A stretch of 50,463 bases of DNA, counting the filler, from Sphacelaria rigidula (taxonomy: Eukaryota): the NCBI GenBank assembly GCA_964200075.2. It is 3 parts of 3 records of this genome, joined end to end, with 100 filler letters (N's around TTAATTAATTAA, not from the genome) between each part and the next. Parts side by side here need not be neighbours in the genome. Positions count along the whole stretch, not along the records: positions 16,856 to 33,609 come from CAXNAA020001262.1; positions 33,710 to 50,463 come from CAXNAA020001263.1; 1 more part is not named here. One strand, given 5' to 3'. The notes under the pieces are model-generated. The model did not search any database and was not told the origin of the DNA. It saw nothing but the letters and a program-made list of their open reading frames with translations. Shown piece after piece: positions 22,501 to 34,584 of this stretch; position 1 is the stretch's first letter; every line of letters starts with the position of its first letter. The translations under genes were made by a program, and so were the position numbers.

Positions 22501-25500
22501 TGAGATATGAGGCCCGGAAGAGAATGCGGTCTAGTGCCATAGCCAAATGTTGTACATCCCGCTTGACGTCATTGCTACTCTCGCTTGACGAGACACGGGA
22601 CGACAGGCCAAAGCGAGCTTACTATTTATTTCCGAAGCTAGTCCCATTACCATGAGAACGGCTGTATCTAGCTGGACCCAACTGATGTTCTTATCGTGTA
22701 TGTTTCGCGTGTAGTATATGTTTCGCGTGTAGTACCTCCCCGATGCGCATAACAAAATGGAGGCTGCAAACGTGAACTTGTTCTTCAAATTGTGCAGGAG
22801 CTGAGTGCCTGGGTTGCGCGGCAGCGGGCGGTCTAATCTTCCAGCAGCGAAAACACTCGGGGAAATGACTTTACGGTAAAACGATGAGGGGTCATGATTG
22901 TGAAGAACCCGCCATCAAAACGGGGGTTAGACGAAAAACCAGAGCCATGCGGCCGTCACTTCGTCAGCCAAATCTAGCTTTTTCTTCAAATGGCGGGCAT
23001 TTGATCGTGTCTTCAGCTAAACGTACCTCAACCATAACGATCGCGCCACCACGGTTGACAGCGACAATCGGTCCCTCAAACACAGCATCGGTCGTCTGCA
23101 TTTCTTGCACCTTTGCCCATGCTTGCTCGAACTGAATGCGGCGGATAGACACCTGGACCTACACAATACAAGCCGAGCAAACAATCGATGGGTGCACTGT
23201 TGAGCGATGCAGCAGCACAAAAATCACATGTAGCAATTTACTTCGTGACCAGTGCAAATGACTCCAATATACACGAGACTACAGCGTTGACGTTGGAGGC
23301 AGTATAGGCCCTGTTGTCGGACCGAAGCGCTGGATGAAGACAGAGTTTACGGTGCTGAAATCCGCGGGTATTTCCAGGCAATATTCCATTTGATCTCTTC
23401 GTGTCTGGTATTATACAAGATCGAGACTGGGTTTCAAGAAGGACTCATGATCATGTTTCCAAGGGCACCACGGTATTTTCACGCCTCCTGGAATTTTTCG
23501 ACCTCAAGGTTGCGCTGTTGCAATTATGGAGCACCACAAAAATGCACTACTTCTACTTCGCACATATCCCGCCGTAAAGAGGGCGCGAATTGTACACGAC
23601 ACATCGCAGGTGCACTCGGCTCCTGAGAAGTCTTTCACAGGGTCGAACTGTTTTTCAGACATATCCCCCGCACCCGAAAGCTTCCAGGGGGGGCAGCTGA
23701 GCAAATCATTGCCATAAACTACTTCAGGATGATCCTTTTGGAGTCCACCAGGTTGATGTCACAACTCCACGCCTCCGTCTTGGTGAATAAATTGTCGGTT
23801 TTTGGATGGGCTTTCAAGAATTTTCTGCAAAAATAAATTATTCTGAATTTGGCCGGATTCTCTGAGCGTGTTGACCCTTTTGATACCGCCGATGGAAAAG
23901 TGCTGACTTTGAGGTCCTTGGGGTCAACAAGGCCGCACTTTGCCAAGGGAATACTATGCACTACCCTTTCCCAAGGGTTCCTGGTATGCGTCAGGTTGGG
24001 GTTAGGGTTAGGGGTAGCGATACTCAAATATTGTGTTAACCATGACATTTGTAGCCCAATGCCAAATTGTGCCAACAATTCGGGTAGTCCATCTGGATCA
24101 CACATACTTTTCCCAGTGAAATTGATGGCGATTCAGCAGGTGACCTTCCTTCGCGGTCAACGGGTAGACTCATAGACCGCGAGGGTAGTTCATCTGGATC
24201 ATGCCGATTCGAAAGATGACCTATTCTCGCCATCCAAAGGTCAACTAGATCGTTCCGAGGATATTTTTGTTAGGCGCACGTTACTCTGTACCGTAGTGCT
24301 GAATGCTATTGCCGTTCCTATTTCCATATGCATGGCGGTCAGCACTGTACGTATCGGTTGCTTGCACCAACCATCGACGATGCGACAGCCGCCCGTTGGT
24401 GACGGAGGAACCTAGCTTGACCCTGAAACCAGCCCCGAGATCGCAACGTTACGGTGTTTCACCAAGACCGACACGCTGTGAGTTGTGAGTCAAGTTTCTG
24501 TCGATGCGGAGAGACTCAGTAACCATTTCCCGGGAGAAAGGGGCGTGATCGTCGTGGCGTCCGTGGACGGCATATGGGCGGGAAAAGAGCCAGATGTGTG
24601 GGCGCCATGGTTGGTATTGGCGTGTAGACTCCATTGCGCGGGATGTGCCGCATCACGTACATTGTAGTGTAGAGTGACGGCTCATCACAGGTATGTTCTC
24701 GGCCCGTCGGTGGTCCAGATAAGGTACGATTTAGGAGAATTCCTAGATCACGTATACTTGGGCGAAATTTTGCCTACAACAGGTAAGCGGTTGCTGGAGG
24801 CCATACGTCAGTTTTCGCGTGGCCATATTTCTCGAGTGACATATTTATTTTTCCGTTTTTTTTCGGGGACCGGGTATTAATGGCCCGCCCGACTGATGTG
24901 CGTGAAAAATTCGGAGCAAAAACGGTCAAAACAGCGTGTTATGATATTTTCGCGCCCATGGCCGTTCGTCGTACCTCTCAAGCAATAGACGAGAAGGTAT
25001 ACCGTTTTTAGGTTATTTATTACCCCTCATTATATCTCCACTTATCCGGAAGGTGGAGCCCGATCCAAAGCAAGGCTCAGTCGCACTATAGGTGCAAGCG
25101 ATGTATATTTGAAACTGATCACTTCAAAGTGAGGGTCCCCCATTATCTACATATTTTCGTGTCTAAGCAGGATTGTTTCGAGATGGGTATGACAGATGGC
25201 CACGACATGGATCACTGTTCGCAAGCTTTTGTCTACAGTCGTTGCGACAGTGTACGGTTGTGCATTCTTTTCCGCATCTTGCGTTCTACGCCACTCGGGC
25301 CGCACGAAATGGGTAATAAAAGAGCCAGCGCTCAGTCGACAGTCACCCTTTCACCCTCGCGACCTCGGACACCAACGTCATTTTTCCCATGCAACAGAGG
25401 CCTGCCATCCTTTCTCTTTTCTTCTGCTCTCTGTTTTCTTGTTTTTTCATCTTCTCCTTCATTCCTTATCCACCACGTCTGTTCTACCTTTGCTGGATTT

Positions 25501-28500
25501 TTTCTTCACTTTACTTCATTTTTTTTCTTCAGGGAGTGTTCTCCAGGATCGATTTGTCTCGCGCACGTCCATCATTCGACCACGGCTAAATCCCTGGGGG
25601 AGGGTCAGTTGAAGTGCGGCAGCCGATCATTCAATTCATCAATGAAAACAAACTTCTTCCCCTCAGCGAGCGCTCTACCCAACGCAAGTAATGGAATTAA
25701 CCGAGGTATTTTGTCAGGAAGGTTTTACGCATCTGCTTGCGCGCACGAATGTTTCCTGGGGCGTATAATTAGAAACAGCGAAGCATCGACACAACAAAGC
25801 GAACATAAACCGACGTGCTGATTTTCTGTCGCTGCTCCACAAAAGGAGACGGTCAAGCAGGGAAAGGGACCGCTGGACCTTTCTCGCCATCAGAGGAAGG
25901 CAAGCACCGCAGAAGGAAGGTGGAGTCTAAACAAGATGAACAAGAAAAATATATCGTATGTTGACATTTTTGTTGACCCCGGCTGAATTATCGCCCCCAA
26001 CGCAGGCAATACTCGCTGTCTACTGCGCCGACGTCACAGACACTATCGAGCATTCGCCTGGATTTCAAAGCACGCTTACAATCTTGGAATTCAATCAAAT
26101 TAAGCAGAGTGCGAAAATCAGCGTACATTTCAGAACTTAGAATCGAAAGGCGGAAAATCGGAATATGTGGATTCCGACTTAGTTGATACATTTGGGTTGG
26201 CACAGGTTTAGTTGTGCACGGACGCCGACTCGTGGGACTTGACCCGAGCTCTGTAAGTTGACGAATTTTTTTTTTCCGATAATGCCTCGACACTTGTGCG
26301 CAACACTTGTGTGCTGTCGCATGTTTGTGGAACGTCCGGCGCCCGTGACATTTGTACGTCAAAGCAAAGCTTCAATGCGCTCCCGACATTTCTTGGTGTG
26401 GACAAACTTACTCGTGCAAAGTAAGATAAATGCGTTGAGACAAACGATGCATAGCGTTCGTATTTATACCGCTACATCGAAGTCCGTCCCTTGTTGCAGC
26501 CGTACCTGTCCCATATCGTTTTCGTCGGAGATAATCATAGCCTCGATCTCTTGGTCGACCTCAAGCATCGATTCAATGTCCTCGACATCTTCCAGGCTAA
26601 GCTGTTGCCCACAGTCGAATACGTTCATCACATGAGGAACCAGAAACGTGGAGCGCACGGGAGAAGGAAGAGTCAACACTGGTGGGTGAAATATGCTTAT
26701 TTGCTACACTTCAATCGCCCGACACGACCAGCGCCGTGGCCAAAGCGTGGTACAATGCCGGCCCGCACTTTATAACATGGCAGTGAGGAATTTAAGGCTC
26801 AAAAAACTCTCAACTCAAGAATTTGGCTCTAAGAACATGTGCTCAGATTGAACGTGCTGTCAAGAACAAGAACACACACTTGAGGTGTACCACTGATGCT
26901 ACAAACAAGAACAAGAGTAACGTGGCAGCTGCGAGATAAACATTCGCAGGGGGAGGGGGCGAGGGATGGGCGATCTCAGTATTGGATTTGGGAGGGGGCT
27001 GGGTGTATTCAGTGGGTACATCGGCCGGCGTATTTCTCTACCCCCCCAGTCAAATTCCCTGAACGTACCCCTAAACTAGAACCAGTTCCGGAGCACGTTT
27101 GAGCAGACCCGCCGGTCCGACCAAGACATTTTTGAAAGCACCTCCGGACAAAAAAACCCACACACGGTTCACGCACGGCACATAGTACGACACGCACACG
27201 AACAGCACCATAGCCCACAATACACGCACAAATCAATAATAGAGCTATCGGTGTTGAAATAAGAACAAGAACCCCATTTATGGAGGAAAAGTGGACGACG
27301 AAATAAGAACTTGGCAAATTAGAACTGGCGCTAGGGTTGGGGCAGCCAACAAGAACTGAGCCTCGCTCAAAATAGGAGGTTCTTCAGTGCGGACCGGCAC
27401 TGTATGAGGACGGAACCGGTCGCACGAAGTGAGGCCGTCGATGAAGGAGATGCATACTGACTACTTGACAAGCAGTCCTATGTCTGACGAAAAGTTTCGT
27501 TCAACGTGACCGTGATTTCTTCAACCAATTTCTTTCGGACTTGGTCCATCTGTGGTCACGCAGAGTAATGATCGTGATTAGAACTTAGCAGGAGGGGCTA
27601 TGACATAGTTGACCCCGTGACGCCACGGCATTCTACGCTGCATATCAGACGGACGAGCTGTCGTGATGGTTCGGGAAAAAAAATGCTGAAACGACGCCTA
27701 CATAGAAAGGGGAGAGTTTGGGGACGAGGACACTGTGTCACGTCTGTGCACCGTGTCACCATATTTCGTGGGGAAACTACGAACATGCAGATTTCGCCAT
27801 CCCGTGTGGAGAAAACCATGAGCGTGATCACGCCAACAGCACTTGCTGTCGCACGAGTTCAAGGCATCTACAGGTCGTAGCCCCATGGAAGCGTTGCTGT
27901 TGTGCGTGGCCTCGAATCGGACCAAGACCAACTCAACGTAGCTGGCGGTGGATTATCGACCACGACGTTGAAAGCGAAGTGATTCTACAGCAGTGATGAT
28001 ATGAATTCCTGTACTAGACCTAGTTGGACTGACGTCGATGCACGCCAACAGTACATGTCGTTGTCCAGCACTGAACATTGACTCTTCTCCCTTCCCCGTG
28101 AAACGGGAGGGGAACGACAGGTACTCGAACACTCAGAACCAGTAGCACAGGCGTCAGAGGGGTGAGAAGCTGGAAGGAACAAGTGTCGCCTCACCTCGCG
28201 GGCTGCCATGAACGCAGTCGTCTTTGCTCCGATGTCAATCAGCGCACCAGCCGCTTCCAATTGCACAATCGTTCCCTTTATGAGTTCGCCCCGCGCGAAG
28301 CTGACCTGTGTTTCGCCATAGGCGCGACGGGAGAGAGTGCTTTTGAAGACAGCACAGTATACATATTTCCAAGTCACTACAACGGCTGCGATACACAATT
28401 CAACACCGTCGATCCTTAAACGGATGAAACAGGGGCACAGGGATAGTGATGGGCCGAATCAATACACAGCTAAAGTGGTTAGCGCCCTATAAACGTACAC

Positions 28501-31348
28501 CAGTCAGATACGTGAACATACAATTCTTGAATCATTTTTTGCTCAAAAAAACATGCAGATGTCATGTGCCAACAGCGAGGTGGGTTTTCCTCAGTTCTTG
28601 CCATATAATACATGGTTCACGACGTCTGCTTTCTGTAAAACCCTTCTCGACTAGCTCAGACAGACCGAGAAACTTCGGGGAAAGGGGAGTACAGACTACA
28701 GGAGAACACGCGCCACAGGCGCTGGTTTGAGAAGAGCTGCATGCTGCGCATGTCGGCGGGTCGTCGAGGTTCTTCACGCCCTCGAAATCCGCATGTTTGC
28801 AGTGACACCCAAGGATGGATCAATCGATGAAGTCAAGGCTTACACAGCGAGCGTCGCCTCGGAACAGTTTCACAGGCCGACAGTCCGGAGACATGGGGGG
28901 GGTTTCCCGTGGCCGGGGTGTGTGGTTTTTGAGGGGGAGGGGGTGCCTGTCCGTAGAGGAGCCGAAAGGCTACCTAGTCAAACATGTGTGTTTGGAAGTT
29001 TTGCGCTGAAAATTATGAGGCATGCACGAGGCCCGAGAGGCGCGGGATGCCCAGTATGACCAATCACGGTCGTCAAAACGAGCACGTTCTTCCGGCTCGG
29101 GTGGACTGTATTGGACTAATTGGCTTTCTACCCCTCATTTTGGTCATGGGAAATCAACCATAGATTTCATGAGTACAAGTATCTTGCTTGGTATGCTGCT
29201 CGTGGTCTACGCCGCCTGCCTGACCCCTCATGTACCGCCAGCATACCTTTACACTGTCCGTAATGTCGGTGGGCACCAAGTAGAGGCATCAGTACAATGC
29301 TGTCAATTGTGTTCAGTGGACAGCGATGGCACATGTGTACTGTTTCTTGCCGTTGTCCCAGTGAAGACATACAGCACAAACACATACCGACTTTGCACGC
29401 AGTTGACTGCAGGGTCAAAACTGGTCAGGGGTATTCCGGGACTATCTTCTATGCAGATAACAAATATCCACATGTTCATGAAAAAGGCGTGATGTGTAGC
29501 GAGAAAAGAGCAGTTCTGAACCCAAAAAATGGCGTAGTCCAACCCAGTCCACCCTCGGGGGGTCGCTGTCAAAGGTAAAAGAGGGGGGGCAAACCATGGT
29601 GACTTGTAGATGACTGGCATCAGACGACCGGTGTGATACTGCACAGCCGGTCCCAGTGCACCGCAGGTCCTGAATTAGTGTGTGTGTTGTCATGCCTTGT
29701 ATTCTGGACGTCAGTCTACACCTTTCGGTACATGTTGGCGTACCAGCCGGGGACACAAAGCAGGAGGCCAACACAGGAGTTTTTCCTTCTTAGTTTTCCA
29801 TTTTCCTTGTGCGGTGCTTGCCTTCATTTCTTATCGCGAAAGACTTTCCGAAGTCTCCCTCCCTCGTCGACCGTTAAATCGAATCTTGCGTGCCCACGAC
29901 ATTGTCGCTCTCCACTGTTGGGCTTTGTGTGAGAAAAAATCCCAGATCGCTCCGAGATTTGAATCACGGTACAAGCTTCACAAGGAATCGAGCTTAACAA
30001 CTGAACCAACGGGGCGACCGGGTAATGGATTGATGACCGGTGCGGGAAGACCCGAGTGAGGATGAGCCTCTCCTATCATGACACGGGTACATAGCAATTA
30101 ATCGGAGGTACTTGAAGGGCATCGAAATTGTAGTGACCTCCCACGACTGCAGTTGACGGCACCGCATCATTTGGGTCTCCTCTGTCGAGCATTACAAATA
30201 AGACACGAGGGGAGGACGTGATATGTTGAGCTACGATGTATACATAGCAACCGGTACAAGGCATTCGGACATCCGATGATATCCGACGTTCGTGTACTGC
30301 GAGGGTGTCGGGAGTCACGTTGCTCGACGTGCTCGGCGCAGTTTGTAAAAATATGTGGACCGCCTAAATAGCGACAGTCATAAACGAACCATGTTCAGCC
30401 CCTTGCACATGTACAGGTTGACGTTCACCGCCGTCAGTTTCGGGGTTGGTTGGGTGCGGCAAGCACACAGTCTGTCGGCGGATATACAGAAGACCATGTT
30501 TCGGACTCACTTTTCCAGGAGTGAATCACCCGAGTGCTGTCGTCGCCATTATAATAGTCATAGTCGATGACAAACTTGCGATCAGCAAATTCAACCGTGT
30601 GATTCATGTTTCAAAGGCAAAGACAGTACAGTTTCACTTGGGACCATACACCTCCAAAAAACAAGTTGCACACAGACGCATCAAGGACTCCAGGGCCATC
30701 GCGCACCAAGCGAACTCGTTCGCCACGGTGGATACAACCCGTGAAGAATCACCCATGCCGCTGGGGTTCGACGTTGAGGTTCAATTTCCGCTCGGCCATC
30801 ACCACCCCCCGATTGCATTGTGTGGTGTGCAGAGATATACGCGCATTTTTCTCCCTTGTCGAAGCACTCGGCGCTTGTGAATTCTGACGAAGAGAGACTC
30901 AACACAGAAAGCCGAGCACTGCCCAATATCAGGTTTCCTTACAACATGCATAAAACAGAACTCAATAGACAGACCCACCTTTTGTTCTTCAAGCATAACG
31001 TCGAATTCACCGTACGATAGCTCTTGGGTGGCAACAGCAATGTCTTCCTCGTCGGACCACATGCCTTTGTAGCTGGCTTTCAATCTATCAAAGCGGGCCG
31101 GGCCAGCTTCGCTGTCTCCTCGCTCTTCCAGGTACTCTTCATCCTCGTCTACTTCTTCGACCACCTCTTCCATCACGTCCGTCAACACCATTTTCGGCGT
31201 CACGCGAGGGGGCCGTGCGCACACATCTCCCACCCATGATGCCCCCCGTCGGACAGCGTTACTGCTGCCTGCACAGCGCACCGGGGTTGTGAAGGAGAAC
31301 CCGTTGACAAGTGTTGCTGTAGCCGCAAGAGCGGCGACAACCCTTCAT
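19527..31348 (-). CDS. rps1: Nucleus-encoded plastid 30S ribosomal protein S1 (three S1 domains), 9 exons, about 444 aa
   Basis: Exons 31348-30979, 28305-28195, 26601-26506, 23158-23027, 22476-22384, 21778-21684, 21144-20985, 20101-20009 and 19712-19527 (TAG), all GT-AG and phase-consistent. Motifs: GELIKGTIVQLEAAGALIDIGAKTTAF, SIRRIQFEQAW, VNRGGAIVMVEGLRAFLPGSH, KLVVSNRR, KPYGAFVEIRGMSGLLHISQIS, GRIALSTKTLEPEPGDM (cyanobacterial/plastid S1 type). The start needs a 1-nt correction (see findings). Confidence 0.93.
23994..24066. mobile_element. Isolated terminus of the 2.4-kb TIR-element family, preceded by a TTAGGG-like tract
   Basis: gtagcgatactc...aaccatgacatttgtagcccaa matches 10638-10686; it is preceded by ggttggggttagggttagggg. 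Confidence 0.6.
25400..25590 (-). repeat. Dispersed repeat (copy 3), conserved head plus purine-rich tail
   Basis: Minus strand agccgtggtcgaatgatggacgtgcgcgagacaaatc followed by a GA-rich tail, similar to 6325-6480. Confidence 0.5.
28848..29620. mobile_element. Second, inverted member of the 2.4-kb TIR-element family in rps1 intron 1
   Basis: 28848-29180 is reverse-complement similar to 9388-9730; 29500-29580 to 8845-8925; 29590-29620 resembles the TIR (caaaccatggtgacttgtag). Confidence 0.7.
29678..29845 (+). repeat. Short interspersed repeat, second copy at ~39655-39790
   Basis: Both copies share gtgtgtgttgtc...tattctggacg...cacctttcggta...cagccgggg...gg(c/t)caacaca. Confidence 0.7.
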
Positions 31349-31919
31349 GCGTCATGCAACAGACACACGGCAGGGAGTAAGGAAGTAGAGTACTGAGTGT
31401 ACGTGCAAATAAGAGGACCACATTTCAATGAGAGAGGGTTCGACGAGCAGGTGTGGATGATGAAAGACTCCATCTGTAGAGACTTGTGCCGGCCGCAGGG
31501 CATCATGAGCATGTCTGTTCATCGAGGCTGGCCGTCCGCGTTGGGGTGCCATGTGTGGGTTTGGTGTTGAAGAGCGAGTGCGTCAATAAACAGTATCGCG
31601 TCAACCTTGCTGGGTGAAGACGCGCAGGTTTTTCAAAGTTGCACACCGTCCTGCAGCGGCTCTATGAGAGTTTTGATGCACCATTATTTCACCTTAGCGG
31701 CCTTTCCGAGCACGTAGACATTGCACTCCACGTAGCTTCTCGTCGTCTGTAGTGTCTTCCCCGCTGGCGTGTACAGCGTTAGTCGAAAACCAGGAAGCGT
31801 TCTTCTTGTGTGGGGGATGGGGGATTTATGAACACAATCAGCAGTCATATTCCACCCAAACTGCAACTCCACATCTGGCGCAGGTGTATCGGTAGTGACC
31901 CCGGTCCGAAACATTCGCC
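31349..31919. promoter_or_regulatory. Putative shared divergent promoter/5'UTR region between rps1 and the GH1 gene
   Basis: Opposite-facing ATGs at 31348 (-) and 31920 (+), 571 bp apart. Confidence 0.5.
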
Positions 31920-32295
31920 ATGAAGCTTCTAACGTTCCCCCAAGATTTTATCTGGGGAACAGCAACCGCAAGCTACCAGATCGAGGGGGGAAAGGGTGGT
32001 AAGGATTGACCACATGTTGTAACCACTGCAGTATGCACTGCAGTATGAACAATGCAGCGCAGTACATCTTACCCTTGGGTTTAGACATTGACATGCAGAA
32101 TATTGTATGTTTGAGGAAGAACAAATGCCGCGAACCGTCGTGTTGGTTTTGTACAGACCTCTATGTGCTCGTCGGTGGGGATTTGCTCGTGTTCTGCTGT
32201 GCTATTCGTTGACTACGGTGCCATCATGCCCTTCGGTGGTGCTGCGCAGGACGTGCCTGGTCAATATGGGACGCCTTTTGTCACACTCAAAAGAG
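31920..32295 (+). CDS. Glycoside hydrolase family 1 (beta-glucosidase-like), first two coding exons; the rest lies beyond the scaffold end
   Basis: Exons 31920-31998 and 32250-32295 join to [41 protein letters not shown], the GH1 N-terminal signature FP..F.WG.ATA.YQ.EG...GR..SIWD. Too short to appear in the ORF track. Confidence 0.92.
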
Positions 32296-32857
32296 GTATG
32301 CATGCGCAACAAACCATAAACAGTACGAGTACATGTACCAGCCAGTGCAGTTGGACAGTTACTCCGCAGTCCCGCGTTATGATTGATCGATTGATTGATT
32401 GATTGTCGCAACAAAAAACAAAACTAAAATAGTCCGGCGTTATGCAATCAAGATTTTTCACCTACGGCGTGTACAGTCAGTATAAGCGGGGGTCTACGGC
32501 GGGGAAATGACTCATGATTGGAAAAACAACTCATATTTGGCCTCGCCCCAAGCACCCCTTACGCTCGTCTCCTTGTCTATGTTACCGCGTGTTGTGGTCA
32601 TTTTGAGTTTGTTTTTTTTCTCACTTCCAACGCACCCTATCAACCACAAAATGCGCGTGTTCGTAATTTCTTTCCTAGTGGCAATGACGTTGATGTTTGC
32701 ATGTATGGCGATGGAAGAAGATATCCCGAAGATAGAAACACCTCGACGTGGGGCAGTTACCATCGGCTCATTTTGGAAACTACCTGCGATCTGTTATGCT
32801 TTTACTCTGCATCCAGGCTGGGCCGCCCAAGATGCGAATAGGAATATTGAATATTGA

Positions 32858-33540
32858 CACGCGATTTCCGTGCTCGATTTTCCGTCGTTTTCAATGAAAT
32901 TTTCACACGTCGGACGGGTCGATCATGATCCGTCTCAAAATTATTTCTCCTCAGGATCAGTTGGCCCCCCTTTCTCATGTTTGCTCCTTACAGCGCCGGA
33001 CGCCGAGCACACTGAATAGTGCAAAGGTTGCGCTTCGGCTTTCCTGACTCCACGGTCACATATGTTGTCTTTTTGGACCAACAGATTCGAGAGTCTTCTT
33101 CGATTGGTTGTTTCAGACACATCACGATCTGTCCGATGTGTGGAAATTTTGACACGATATACAGGACGTGTGTGTGAAGACCCCTTCTTTCCACCCCTGC
33201 GTTTTTCTTTCGTGAGTTATTCGCGATTTAGTTCCGGACAATCGGTTCTGAAATATTCCGTCGCCAATACCTCGCGAAAAAAAAAAATCAGGGGGGAAGG
33301 AAAGATGGGGTCTTCGCACAAATGTCCTGTACATCGTGTCGAAGTTTCATCGAAAGCGACTCGAATTTGAGCATGAAAATCGCGTTTCCATGTCGAAAAC
33401 CGGTTCCCATGTGGAGATGGACCAGCCACGACGCGAACAGGAAACTCTGAACCACGGCTACGTTGTTCAATTTCAAGTTATTTTCCATGTAATTTTGACA
33501 CACAAAGTGCATGAGGTATGTTCCAAGACCCTATTCCCTC
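32858..33540. repeat. Composite foldback with nested and interleaved inverted repeats
   Basis: Arm pairs ~33142-33190/33301-33349, ~32858-32881/33365-33388 and ~32897-32940/33110-33150, plus a further degenerate direct copy at ~33490-33535. Confidence 0.7.
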
Positions 33541-33609
33541 TCCCCCCGCAGAACGCAACCGCGCCGCACCGCTAGACTCTACACCCACGATCTCACTCGC
33601 TAACATCTC

Positions 33610-33709
33610 NNNNNNNNNNNNNNNNNNNNNNNNNNNNNNNNNNNNNNNNNNNNTTAATTAATTAANNNNNNNNNNNNNNNNNNNNNNNNNNNNNNNNNNN
33701 NNNNNNNNN
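33610..33709. other. Artificial scaffold-joining linker N44-TTAATTAATTAA-N44
   Basis: Exactly 100 bp, identical to 16756-16855. Confidence 0.97.
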
Positions 33710-34110
33710 TGATTTTATTACTATTACTAGTACTATTTTCGTACATTAGGCCAATCTCTCGAACCCGTGGTCACAGACGTAGGCTCGTCTTTCCAATACC
33801 GTCCCTGCTATTCCTTACAAGACATGGGGTCTCATCTTTTTTTTGTGAGACTCCAGACAAAAACTAAGCAAAACGAACCAAATAACACCAACTGAAAAAC
33901 AAGGAGACACATGTCAAGAAAACAGAAGAGAAATAGCTCTCCCCGAGTTGATGTGGGTGAGATAAAAACAAACCCTTCAGATATGATAAAGGTATAATAA
34001 AGAAAATTGATGAGAAAAGGCAGAAAAGGCAAGAGGGATCAGAATAGCCACCAAGCAAGGATCAACTCAACAATCCCAGGTACCCTTGGAGGCAAATATC
34101 AAAGCCGTTC

Positions 34111-34584
34111 GGAAGATGATGCACTAGCGAGTGTAGTAGGCGACCATCGACTAGTTGCGTTTTACAGGTCCTCGATAGGAACTGGGGCAACTGTAGCGGT
34201 AGCACAGCAAACAATTCCTCAGTATAGCGTGCTTTGGCCCAGGCTGTCATGTACATCTTAGCCCTCCTCCTGTGCGATTGGGTACCATTCCGGAACATCA
34301 ACCTGCGTCCATGATGTCCCGTTTATTCCGAAGTTAGATGAGTAGTCCATGACAGTGTTGTAGGCATCTTGCTGTTCGGCCTGCCTTCGTCTTCCCTCCC
34401 GCCATCACCCCACGCATGACAACAGTAAGATGAGGTGTACATGGCAGCCTGGATCAAAGCACGCCACCCTGAGGAAACGTTTGCCGTGCTACCGCTAGAA
34501 TTCCCCCAGTCCCCATCGAGGATCTCTCAAACGCAACCAGTAGATCGTCGCGTAGTACACTCGCTAGTGCATCTGTCGTCTTCC
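34111..34584. repeat. Long imperfect inverted repeat (arms ~150 bp, loop ~170 bp)
   Basis: 34111-34260 aligns with the reverse complement of 34431-34584 almost without gaps. The ORF track shows it as mirrored peptides MYMTAWAKARY.../MYMAAWIKARH... Confidence 0.88.

Noticed and set aside
5002..31348. Cluster of plastid-targeted genes (GST-N and rps1)
   Set aside because: They lie on different scaffolds joined artificially.
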